Below the pieces are notes generated by a model. That model searched no databases. It worked only from the letters and a program-made list of their open reading frames with translations, and had not been told where the DNA came from. From contig JBOFYZ010000042.1 in assembly GCA_051654925.1 (NCBI GenBank), positions 6,315 to 70,314 of the forward strand: DNA of 64,000 bases, read 5' to 3'. Shown here piece by piece: positions 1 to 8,764 of the stretch (positions are counted from its first letter, which is position 1; the number at the start of each line of letters is the position of its first letter). This DNA is from Lachnospiraceae bacterium. GTDB taxonomy: Bacteria; Bacillota; Clostridia; Lachnospirales; Lachnospiraceae. Made by a program: the position numbers and the translations under genes.

Positions 1-7
1 CATTTTT

Positions 8-529
8 CTATCGGCTTCTTTTATAGGTAAATATCATGCCTGTTGCTGAGAGAAGCATTATAGCCGTCATGTATCGCATAAAATCACCTTCGCCTGTCTT
101 CGGCGAGGAGAAGCGATCTCCCCCATAAAATGCAATCGGTACCGATCTATCAATTATAAAAGTAACATTATCTCCATTAACAACTATAGCAAGTGGAACC
201 CACTCCCCATCAATATACTGGTATGCGACAAGATCACTGGTTGCCCCAGGTATGTTTACAACTATCTCATATGGGCCCTCTGATCCCTCCGGAACAATCA
301 CTTCAATAATATCAATTGGATTCTTACCATTTTCGATATCACCGGGGTACTCATCTTTTGGAACCTCCTCAATGATAACCTCAATGGAATCGCCATTGTT
401 ATCTTTCCCGTCTTCCGGCTGAACAACTCCCGGCGAGCTGGGACTTGGCAAAGCCCAGACTGTTGTTGTACTGAGCGCAAGTAACAGAACTGTAAACATT
501 ACACTTAATATCCGCTTTGTATATTTCAT
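8..529 (-). CDS. Small secreted cell-surface protein with C-terminal SPKTG sorting signal (candidate sortase B substrate)
   Basis: Signal peptide MKYTKRILSVMFTVLLLALSTTTVWA. The C-terminus has SPKTG, then a hydrophobic segment and a KRSR tail. AGGAGG RBS upstream. Lies downstream of the sortase on the same strand. Confidence 0.75.
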   Translation of the reverse strand: MKYTKRILSVMFTVLLLALSTTTVWALPSPSSPGVVQPEDGKDNNGDSIEVIIEEVPKDEYPGDIENGKNPIDIIEVIVPEGSEGPYEIVVNIPGATSDLVAYQYIDGEWVPLAIVVNGDNVTFIIDRSVPIAFYGGDRFSSPKTGEGDFMRYMTAIMLLSATGMIFTYKRSR

Positions 530-598
530 CTCATTACCTCCTACTTTTTATCATGATCTATTATAACAGTTTAGAATCAAAAAGTGAACAATACGTTT

Positions 599-637
599 AA
601 AATATAACCATCAGCGTATAAAATATAACCATCAGCG
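599..637. repeat. Tandem duplication of 18-nt aaaatataaccatcagcg (599-616 and 620-637, 3-nt spacer) abutting the left end of the TIR element
   Basis: Two identical 18-mers read directly in the sequence. The second copy contains the 8-bp direct repeat CATCAGCG. Confidence 0.85.
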
Positions 638-1079
638 GTAACAGTTCAGCCTTCTGCTGAGCCAACGACTTTATCACCAGCTAAAAAATAACCGGTGTAC
701 CGTTAAACAGTCTACTTATATTTTCATGCCAAGGGCGATGAGTTCTTTGTACTTATTCTGCGTGGTCTGTTCCAAAATGATAAAGGGCAGTCTCATGGTC
801 AAGCATCAAAATTCCTATCAGCCTGCTCATTGCCTCTATTGTTTTACTATTCATAGCTTGATAGATAACTGTATTTTTTATGCTGAAGTTTCGAATATAA
901 CTTTGCACACCATTAACAGATACAGTGGTTCCGCGCGGAGATTGCCTTCTACGGCATCAAGGCGTGCCATGACTTCCATGAGCTGATTATACATGCCTTT
1001 TTCATAATTTCTTTTAGCCACCTTTACAACAATTTTGTAATCTGTTTTAGATCGGAAGGCTGAACTGTTACCATCAGCG
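630..1079. mobile_element. 434-bp non-autonomous TIR element (638-1071) with 8-bp flanking direct repeats; IS66-family-like ends, no intact transposase
   Basis: Perfect 17-bp inverted repeat GTAACAGTTCAGCCTTC at 638-654, with its reverse complement at 1055-1071. Direct repeat CATCAGCG at 630-637 and 1072-1079. The interior holds only frame-broken ORF fragments on the minus strand. Confidence 0.6.
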
Positions 1080-1913
1080 ACAGTCTATTAAAACTGCTAC
1101 GATTAAAAGTCTCTGTTCATCAGAGCTTGTACATGTTGATAAAGTCAGCAGCTGATCCTGTACTGTCACCGTTTGGTCCTTAATAATATAATTGGCCATA
1201 TTTCTACTTCCATATAAACTATCCAAGAATGACTGATAACTTTGTTCATGCTCAAAATTATAAGTTCTCAAAATATGACGATCATCATAAATCACACTCC
1301 CAAAAATCTGATATGTATAAATGTGCTCCGGAGTATAAATATAAATATCAGAATATTGCCTCATAAACTCTGCATCTTTATAATGATAGAGTCCTCCAAA
1401 CATAGAGCCATTCTTCATATTATGTCCATAAACAACCGTATTGGTATCTGAAAAATCTTTATCATTTATACTTTCCGTATAAATCGTTCCGGGATATCCC
1501 TTTATCCCTTCTATCGTATGGTTTAAGTAATACGAATCATCCGTTTGATGCTGCAATACCGGATAATTAATAACAGTACCAGGAATTGATATCCAGGCAT
1601 AAATATCCTTGTTTACCTCCCACAGCTTCTCAAAATCAATCGGAATTTCAACTTTCTCCAATTCTTTTTCATCAAAAACAAGCTCTGCCAGTTCTTCTGC
1701 CGATGCCTGTCCATACGAATCAGGCAAGGGGACATCAAGACCGGTATCTTCCAAATATTCAGTTATCGCCAGCGTTTCTACCAGTTCATCATAAATTCGC
1801 ATTTGTCTTTTCATCTTAATCTGATTAACCAGCATAACGCCTGCCGACAAAATAAAAATAAGTAGAAATACCGTAAAAACACTCCTATTTTTCATTTCTC
1901 TACTCCATCCCAT
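1074..1913 (-). CDS. srtB: Class B sortase
   Basis: N-terminal TM anchor, NYPVLQHQTDDSYYLNH region and catalytic TLSTC motif. Adjacent to an SPKTG-tailed protein. Confidence 0.85.
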   Translation of the reverse strand: MGWSREMKNRSVFTVFLLIFILSAGVMLVNQIKMKRQMRIYDELVETLAITEYLEDTGLDVPLPDSYGQASAEELAELVFDEKELEKVEIPIDFEKLWEVNKDIYAWISIPGTVINYPVLQHQTDDSYYLNHTIEGIKGYPGTIYTESINDKDFSDTNTVVYGHNMKNGSMFGGLYHYKDAEFMRQYSDIYIYTPEHIYTYQIFGSVIYDDRHILRTYNFEHEQSYQSFLDSLYGSRNMANYIIKDQTVTVQDQLLTLSTCTSSDEQRLLIVAVLIDCR

Positions 1914-1915
1914 CT

Positions 1916-2911
1916 TTAAGAAACCGGTTTATAAAACATTTCAATGAGAAGTGCCTGAAGAGCGTTATCATCTACCCAGAATTCCTCATGTGACTCCCCC
2001 TCTTTGACCTCACCGGGCAGGTACTCCACTTCATCAATCAAATACTCATAGTCTTTCATCGCCACAATCACATCTGTATTCATGTCGGTTACTATGTACG
2101 GTTCAGCAATCGCAAGAATCCCCTCATAGTCAATATCCTTCCGTTCATTTATCGTTTGCAGCACAGCTCTGAGATACTCTGTCTGACGTCCCATCCTGTT
2201 TTCATTACTGGCCGTGACATTAACATCTCTGCTGCGGATGTACTTCTCAGCCTGTTCGCCGTTTAAAATAATCGTAGATCCGGCTTTAAAATCCGGATCG
2301 ATATCGGTATGGTCTTCATTGATACTGATGGTAATACCGCCAAGTGCATCAGTTAATATACTGACACCATCAATATTCAAAGAAATATAAGCATCGATCG
2401 GAAGACCAAACAAAACCTCCTGCAATGTTTTTTTCATTGCCCAGCAGCTATTCACTCCACCCAGATTATACGCGTATTGTAGTGCTAGTTGTCCCTGAAT
2501 GGTTGAAAAATAAGAACCGCCGCTATCGTAAATATCAATATCGGTCATCGTATCACGGGAAATGTGTACAATTCGTGCAGTCTGTTCTTCCTTATCCAAA
2601 GAAATCAAAAGAACACTGTCTGCCTGTCCTGCTTTCCCCGACACACTCTGAATTGATACCTCTTTACTTTTATCAATTCCCATAAAAAGGATATTGGTCA
2701 AATTTTGATTATACTCATATCTATTCCCGTTATAATAAATATAACGCTGACCAACCTGGGAAACTTCCGGATCAATTTCGCCGCTGCCGTGATAAAAAGG
2801 TTCGTGCAGTAGTTCAAACATCATCCAGCCCCCCAGCAGCAAGGCTGATAGAATCCCAATAATAGTAATTATCCGTTTCTTATTTACGAACAACGTTCCC
2901 TTTAGTTTCAC
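1916..2911 (-). CDS. LCP (LytR-CpsA-Psr) family glycopolymer-to-peptidoglycan transferase
   Basis: N-terminal TM helix, then the LCP core (LFMGIDKS, DSVLLISLD, HISRDT). Confidence 0.85.
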   Translation of the reverse strand: MKLKGTLFVNKKRIITIIGILSALLLGGWMMFELLHEPFYHGSGEIDPEVSQVGQRYIYYNGNRYEYNQNLTNILFMGIDKSKEVSIQSVSGKAGQADSVLLISLDKEEQTARIVHISRDTMTDIDIYDSGGSYFSTIQGQLALQYAYNLGGVNSCWAMKKTLQEVLFGLPIDAYISLNIDGVSILTDALGGITISINEDHTDIDPDFKAGSTIILNGEQAEKYIRSRDVNVTASNENRMGRQTEYLRAVLQTINERKDIDYEGILAIAEPYIVTDMNTDVIVAMKDYEYLIDEVEYLPGEVKEGESHEEFWVDDNALQALLIEMFYKPVS

Positions 2912-3644
2912 CTCTCAGCCCTCTTCTTTTCCGGCCCTTTTCAGCCGGTTCCTGAGTCTCAGGAAGAATAGCAAGAACCTTCAAATTCAAATATTTTTCC
3001 ACATCTGCTTCTGTTATGATATTATCATTCATAATGAATATAATACTTAATATAAGCACTGTCGCTACTCCACTAAAACCAATTGCCATTGCGGTGTTTT
3101 TACTGACACTGGGCGTGACCGGATCAAGACTGGCTTCTGCCTGCTCAATTGTTGTAGGAGTATCTGTTTTCATTATAAACGCCATCTGCCTGGCAGTTTC
3201 TTGTCCCATTGCATTGGCCACAATACATGCCAGCTCCGCATCTGTATGTCTGGCAGAAATTTCTAAAATTCTTGTATCATCTTTATTTGATACGGAAATC
3301 ATATCCAAAATATCGCTGCGGCTCAGGCTAATGCCATATTCATTCAAAATATTTTCCCTTGCATTATCGACCACCGGCTTACTGGTAACAATTACAATTA
3401 AATCATTCGTCAGGGCATTTCCAATCTGAATATCGGCAAATGATGTAATACTGGTGGACTTTGATAATACATACAGCATTGTTTTAGATTCATATTCCGG
3501 TGTCAGGATTAGCTTATTGGCTGCTAATGCAGCACTACCGCCAATCACTGCAATCAAAATAACCATCCAGCTCCAGCGAAGCAGAAATTTAGTCAATCCT
3601 AGTATATCTATAACAATCTCGTTTTCATCCTGTTTGTTCTTCAT
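2880..3644 (-). CDS. Wzz/CpsC-type polysaccharide co-polymerase (BY-kinase membrane modulator)
   Basis: Two TM segments flank an extracytoplasmic domain. N-terminus is Wzz-like (LLRWSWMVILIAVIGG). Directly precedes nothing but the LCP gene and follows the kinase gene in the operon. Confidence 0.8.
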   Translation of the reverse strand: MKNKQDENEIVIDILGLTKFLLRWSWMVILIAVIGGSAALAANKLILTPEYESKTMLYVLSKSTSITSFADIQIGNALTNDLIVIVTSKPVVDNARENILNEYGISLSRSDILDMISVSNKDDTRILEISARHTDAELACIVANAMGQETARQMAFIMKTDTPTTIEQAEASLDPVTPSVSKNTAMAIGFSGVATVLILSIIFIMNDNIITEADVEKYLNLKVLAILPETQEPAEKGRKRRGLRGETKGNVVRK

Positions 3645-3669
3645 CTGTTACCTTCCACTTTTCCTAAGC

Positions 3670-4341
3670 TTAATACTTTGAGTAATTCTTGCCATAGTAT
3701 CCACCCTGATTATGTCCGTTCCTCTTTATATTAAAATGATTCAGCACAACACCCAGAATATTTTTGTTAGCTGAATAAAGCTGTTCCTTTACTGAAACCA
3801 CCTCCGAATACCGATAATAATCCGAAGGAACAACTAAAATCGAGCCATCACAGATTTTGGCTGCCACCGCGGCATCTATAACATTTCCCAAAGGCGGAGT
3901 ATCCACAATAATATAATCAAACTCCTGCCTTAATGCCCTGATCAACTCTGCAAAACGTTCATTGGCTAATAATTCAGTCGGATTAGGCGGAAACTTACCG
4001 GTCGGAATCAAACATAAATTAGGAGTCTTCATTTGATACAGAATCTTTTCAAGCGGCTTTTGACCTGACAAAAAGTCGCTGAGGCCTATCTTCAGATCCT
4101 TTAGTTCGAGTCGCTGAAGTAAAACTGACTTTCTCATGTCCGCATCTACAAATACACATGTTTTTTCAGCCTCCGCAAACATTGACGCCAATGCATATGA
4201 TACGGTTGACTTGCCATCATTTGGGCGACAGCTGGTTACCGCAATCACCTTATTTTCCACACCAGTAAACTCTATGTTGCTTCTTAGGATTCTATATATT
4301 TCTTTTTCAATGATTTCAGTATCTGCTTTTGTATTCCCCAT
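3670..4341 (-). CDS. CpsD/CapB-family tyrosine-protein kinase (BY-kinase catalytic subunit)
   Basis: Walker A-like VTSCRPNDGKST, Walker B-like IIVDTPPLG, C-terminal Tyr cluster GGYYGKNYSKY. Confidence 0.85.
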   Translation of the reverse strand: MGNTKADTEIIEKEIYRILRSNIEFTGVENKVIAVTSCRPNDGKSTVSYALASMFAEAEKTCVFVDADMRKSVLLQRLELKDLKIGLSDFLSGQKPLEKILYQMKTPNLCLIPTGKFPPNPTELLANERFAELIRALRQEFDYIIVDTPPLGNVIDAAVAAKICDGSILVVPSDYYRYSEVVSVKEQLYSANKNILGVVLNHFNIKRNGHNQGGYYGKNYSKY

Positions 4342-4370
4342 CCGATTTCACTACTCCTTTTCTGTAACAA

Positions 4371-5123
4371 TCACAATAGCATGTTCTGTGCATGACGTGT
4401 GAATATCAAATCCATATATTCCCGGCCATACTTGCGCCGGACAATCTCTGCCCCCTGACTCAAATCAGGAGTTCGATGTCTGATACCGTGGGCATCACTT
4501 GATACAAAATCCACCAGACGTTTCTTTAACCACTTATGTACCGCTCTTTTCATTACTTTTCCGTTTGCTCCTGTAATACTGCCTGCATTAACCTGCAGCT
4601 TAACTCCCATGGCATAAATATCTTCAATTGCTTCTGTCTGATCCATAAAACATAAGTATCGTTCCGGATGAGCCAGAATAATCTGATAACCTGCCAACTG
4701 TATTTCCTGTATTCCGCTTTTGATATAATTAAATCCCTGAAATGGCATGAACTCAAGCAAAAGTACATTGGTACCGTTTAAGACTGGCACCTGTTCGTTT
4801 ATCAAATTCGATAACAATGAACTACTATAATATACTTCACTGCCAAAATAAAGCGAAATCTGTGGTGAAACTTCTTTTGCCAATTCTGTCAACAATAGAC
4901 ATTTTTCTTCATATATCTCTTTTGAATAACTATATCGCTCCGGAAAATAATGAGGAGTTGCTATCATTCTTCTTGTCCCGGATTCATTAGCAATCCTGAG
5001 CATCTGCTTCGCAGTCTCTATATCAGGAGGCCCGTCGTCTATGCCCGGCAGAATATGAGAATGAATATCAGTATAACCATCTGCAAATAAATGTGCTTTT
5101 CTTTTCCAGATATTAATACTCAT
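4371..5123 (-). CDS. CpsB/YwqE-type PHP-family tyrosine-protein phosphatase
   Basis: N-terminal DIHSHILPGIDDGP motif. Size and position next to the BY-kinase genes fit. Confidence 0.85.
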   Translation of the reverse strand: MSINIWKRKAHLFADGYTDIHSHILPGIDDGPPDIETAKQMLRIANESGTRRMIATPHYFPERYSYSKEIYEEKCLLLTELAKEVSPQISLYFGSEVYYSSSLLSNLINEQVPVLNGTNVLLLEFMPFQGFNYIKSGIQEIQLAGYQIILAHPERYLCFMDQTEAIEDIYAMGVKLQVNAGSITGANGKVMKRAVHKWLKKRLVDFVSSDAHGIRHRTPDLSQGAEIVRRKYGREYMDLIFTRHAQNMLL

Positions 5124-5148
5124 TCCTCCTTAGGTATAGATTTCTCTG

Positions 5149-5419
5149 TTACAGGTTTTCTTTATACCAACTGATTGCCGCTTCAAATCCTCTTGCAAAA
5201 CTCCAGTCTGGATCATTATCAAGCAAATCTCTTGCTTTTTGTATATTGGCATTGCTGTTCATAAATGCAATATTAATATCTCTCTGGCTGTTTTCTATCA
5301 CTTTGGCCGCCTCAGCAACCTTAATGCTTTCGGCACGATATACTCCAGCATCCACCACCAGCTCATATATCCTGGCAAGGTCATCAAGGGAGTCTTTATC
5401 ATATATTTACACCGGCACC
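5149..5419 (-). pseudogene. Chimeric remnant: central fragment of a nucleotide-sugar dehydrogenase fused to an epimerase-like C-terminus
   Basis: The minus-strand translation [49 protein letters not shown] is dehydrogenase-like. It runs into [32 protein letters not shown], an epimerase-type tail. There is no Rossmann N-terminus, and the fragment begins at the 5419 palindrome. Confidence 0.55.
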
Positions 5420-5527
5420 TAGTATAGTTTACTTTAATTAACCATATGTTTCATGTGAATAATCCGATTAAAACACTGCCCTCATAAAAGGCAGAAACAT
5501 ATGGTTAATAAAGTTGAGTTATACTAG
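5419..5527. repeat. 109-bp imperfect palindrome (34-nt arms, 41-nt spacer containing a smaller CTGCC/GGCAG hairpin)
   Basis: Left arm ctagtatagtttactttaattaaccatatgtttc (5419-5452). Right arm gaaacatatggttaataaagttgagttatactag (5494-5527). The outer 8 and inner 16 positions pair perfectly, with about 7 mismatches in the middle. Confidence 0.7.
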
Positions 5528-5954
5528 TACAGTGTATTTAAGTTTGTGTGCAAAGAGTACCTTATATCCGTATCACAATTGTTTCTGCAAAACAGACGGT
5601 TTTTTCTATGCAGTAATTTTGTCATCGCTAAAAATCATTTATAAGCGACTTAACTAAACCCTGATTTATATCTGAATTATACTAAACCTGAAACCTTTTG
5701 TCAAAGGGAATGCTCTCTGGAGATAGCGTCAATTTACTTTCGGGAACTCTATTCTTTTCACATATATGTTTTTGATTGTGATCCTGGAGGCTTGCCGCCA
5801 TTCTTATGATGATGGAGAAGCAGGCGTTGGGGTAAATAATGAGTGAACAGCACCGTCAAGCCAATACTCAAGGTCTGCATGGCTTACCTCTCTACCCTAT
5901 GGTAAACATCTGTACCTCCTGTTCATTCTATAACACTAATGCACCGTTTATGCA

Positions 5955-6806
5955 TTATAATCTATCATTTCCATATTGAAGAATTTGACCGCCATCAGAA
6001 ATAATCACATCACCAACAATATTATTCCCCAAATCACTCGCAAGGAAAACAGCAACATTTGCCATCTCGTTTGAGTCAGCCAATCTCATACTAGGTGTTG
6101 ATAAATGAACCATACTATCATCTGACAAATCTGCCATGTCTGTTTTAGTACCACCAGGAGCCAGTCCATTCACAACAATTCCCTTAGGAGCCAATATCCT
6201 AGCTAAGCCCTTTGTTAAACTTGTGCATCCCCATTTTGATACCGAATATGGCGAAGCCTCACCAATAAGACCCTTAATACTGATCACATTTACAATATGC
6301 CCCTTGACATTATTTGATATCATATGCTTAGACACTTGTTGGCACCAGAAGAATGTTCCTTTTAGATTTGTATCAACAACAAAATCAAAGTCCTCTGGTG
6401 TATAATCGAAAAATCTTTCATCATTTCCATTTTTTACTCCAGCACAGTTTACTAAGATATCAATTTTTCCGTCATCCAACAAGCTAGAAATCTCCCTGAT
6501 ATACTCTGATAACCTACTAACATCTGATACATCACAAGGAAAGGGAATATATTTTTCTGAGCATATTTCTTCTTTAGCCTTACTTAAATGTTCAGGATTT
6601 CTTCCAAGCGCAATAACAGTTGCACCACTGGCAATCATAGACTTGGCAATGCTCTTACCAATTCCTCGACTTGCACCGGTTACAATCGCATTTTTTCCTT
6701 TTAGCAGTTCATTCGGTGCCAAAGTAACATTATTTACAATAATATTTATCGGCACGAATCCCTTTACATATTTCTTTATTGCAGTTTTTAATGTTACACG
6801 TCCCAT
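5955..6806 (-). CDS. SDR-family oxidoreductase
   Basis: TGASRGIGKSIA cofactor motif and YSVSK (YxxxK) catalytic motif. Confidence 0.85.
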   Translation of the reverse strand: MGRVTLKTAIKKYVKGFVPINIIVNNVTLAPNELLKGKNAIVTGASRGIGKSIAKSMIASGATVIALGRNPEHLSKAKEEICSEKYIPFPCDVSDVSRLSEYIREISSLLDDGKIDILVNCAGVKNGNDERFFDYTPEDFDFVVDTNLKGTFFWCQQVSKHMISNNVKGHIVNVISIKGLIGEASPYSVSKWGCTSLTKGLARILAPKGIVVNGLAPGGTKTDMADLSDDSMVHLSTPSMRLADSNEMANVAVFLASDLGNNIVGDVIISDGGQILQYGNDRL

Positions 6807-6818
6807 ATGATTTCCTCC

Positions 6819-8015
6819 CTATTTGCCCTTTATTCTTCTCTTACATTCGGATAGATTATATTTCACATCACTCTTTAGTTTTTCAATTCCGCTGTAAGAG
6901 CTATATTTACTTATTGCTTTATTATATGATATACCATGACAATCCCTAAAAAAATCTTCGCGCAATGGATTCTTTTCTTTAGGCTGATATATTGTAAAAT
7001 TCCCTTGTGCAATCTTATCTATAGTTATGTCAAAGTAATCAACTCTATCCTTTATTTTTTCAAACCAAAACATACCTTTTTCAGAATTAATAATCAAAGC
7101 TGAAATTCCTTTATTATCATCCATTTGCGGATTTACTTTTTCTATTCCCCAAAAATCTGCTACTGTAATATCACTCTTATGTGGAATCTTTCTATATCGG
7201 CATGACTGGCAACTGCGTCTCATTGATAATCCATCATAGACAAACGCAACCATATACGAGTCTCTATATCCCGTCCTAAAATATTTTTTCCCATTTTGAA
7301 ATTCTACTAAAGTTCCAATACTTCGCCAACCTTTTTGCTTGTTTTTAAACCATACAGACTTTACATTTGAATGATATTTCTTTTCAAGATCTGCTAAATA
7401 TAGTCTATATATTGCTGGCGAACAAATTCCACAACAAACAAAATCCATCGTAAAAAGTCCAGGATTGTCGCTACCAATAAAATTATTTAATGCATCGACT
7501 TGACAAGGACATCCACAAAACATTACCTTTAATCCTTTTTTTAACTTTTCAAGTACTTTTCCATAAATTCCTTCAGTATCACTTTGTACATATTTTGACT
7601 GTCTTAAACGCTCTATTCCTTCCTCCGTCTCCTCAATAACATGAACAACATCATTTTTGTCATCGAACTCAGCTCCGCAACAAATACCACCCTCACGAAA
7701 CCATTCACTAGCTAATTCACCAAAAATTCCACCAGATGTACTTTTCTCTCGAAGCTCTTCATCCCTTGTTTTCGCACCATAGCAAATTATTGAGAAGGCT
7801 TGGTTTTCACATACCTTCGTTTCCATTGGGCACTCTTTATAACATTTACCACACGTTATGCATTTGTTATGATTAACAACTGGAAACCAAAAGCCTTCGT
7901 AGTCATCTGCAAATGTAATAGCATTAACGGGACATATATCATAGCAAAGCTTACATCCAGTACATATATCATGGTTTACACTCTCCACTGTTTTACTGCT
8001 CATACAGACACCCAC
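6819..8015 (-). CDS. FrhB/FdhB-like (coenzyme F420 hydrogenase/dehydrogenase beta-subunit family) protein with N-terminal 2x[4Fe-4S] ferredoxin domain
   Basis: CTGCKLCYDICP and CITCGKCYKECP cluster motifs, followed by a Cys-rich FrhB-like body. Neighbours a pyruvyl transferase, as is often seen for this family. Confidence 0.7.
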   Translation of the reverse strand: MGVCMSSKTVESVNHDICTGCKLCYDICPVNAITFADDYEGFWFPVVNHNKCITCGKCYKECPMETKVCENQAFSIICYGAKTRDEELREKSTSGGIFGELASEWFREGGICCGAEFDDKNDVVHVIEETEEGIERLRQSKYVQSDTEGIYGKVLEKLKKGLKVMFCGCPCQVDALNNFIGSDNPGLFTMDFVCCGICSPAIYRLYLADLEKKYHSNVKSVWFKNKQKGWRSIGTLVEFQNGKKYFRTGYRDSYMVAFVYDGLSMRRSCQSCRYRKIPHKSDITVADFWGIEKVNPQMDDNKGISALIINSEKGMFWFEKIKDRVDYFDITIDKIAQGNFTIYQPKEKNPLREDFFRDCHGISYNKAISKYSSYSGIEKLKSDVKYNLSECKRRIKGK

Positions 8016-8737
8016 TCTTTCTTCGTAAAATCATATTGTTTTATCACTTTTGCCGGAATGCCTGCCACAACACTATATGATGGTACATCTTTTGTAACAA
8101 CTGCTCCAGCCGCAATTACACAATGCTCACCAATAGTCACACCTGATAAAATATTACATCTAAATCCAAGCCAAGATCCTTTGCCAATCTTAACTTGCTT
8201 CTTTTCAAAAATCCCTTGCCGTAAAACTGGTAAGGTAATATCTCGAAATTCATGTGAATGATCAGTAATATGTACATATGCCGCGAACAAAACATCATCC
8301 TCTATTTCAATATTATCGCATGATGCAAACCTATTATAAGCACCAATACTTACATTATTACCAATAGTTATTTTGGATGGATACCTTATACCTTTAAATT
8401 GTCCCAATGGGTAGAATTCCGCATCATGATCGATTGAAACATTGTTACCAATTTTTATACAATTGGAATTATTTATTATAACATTTTGGGCTATAGATAA
8501 ATGCTTTGCCTTTTCCTGCTTCGTTATTATCGCAAATATCTTTCCTCGTGCAATTTTAACATAGTACGTTCCAGATTTTGTATACTTTAAAACAAGCAGA
8601 ATAGGTGTTGCACACAAAAATATTACTAAAATATGTATCGCTATTATAGTAATCATTCTATCTGGTATAAAATACAAACATAATATGATTGACAATAAAT
8701 AACATGGTAAAGCACACATCTTAGCTACTTTTTTCAT
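8000..8737 (-). CDS. Membrane-anchored hexapeptide-repeat (LbH) sugar O-acetyltransferase
   Basis: N-terminal hydrophobic helices, IGNNVSI hexapeptide repeats, C-terminal GAVVTKDVPSYSVVAGIPAKVIK. Confidence 0.75.
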   Translation of the reverse strand: MKKVAKMCALPCYLLSIILCLYFIPDRMITIIAIHILVIFLCATPILLVLKYTKSGTYYVKIARGKIFAIITKQEKAKHLSIAQNVIINNSNCIKIGNNVSIDHDAEFYPLGQFKGIRYPSKITIGNNVSIGAYNRFASCDNIEIEDDVLFAAYVHITDHSHEFRDITLPVLRQGIFEKKQVKIGKGSWLGFRCNILSGVTIGEHCVIAAGAVVTKDVPSYSVVAGIPAKVIKQYDFTKKEWVSV

Positions 8738-8764
8738 TCTTTATCCTCCATCTATCACATAATA

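Noticed and set aside
726-986. 86-aa plus-strand ORF inside the TIR element
   Set aside because: It has no RBS and an implausible sequence. The opposite strand carries the frame-broken fragments that look more like former coding sequence.
638-1071. Interpretation of the inverted-repeat-bounded segment as an invertible (phase-variable) promoter switch for the surface-protein gene
   Set aside because: The 8-bp direct repeats immediately outside the inverted repeats are what transposition leaves behind, and no recombinase gene is nearby. Inversion cannot be excluded without read-level data, so it is kept only as the alternative in the finding.
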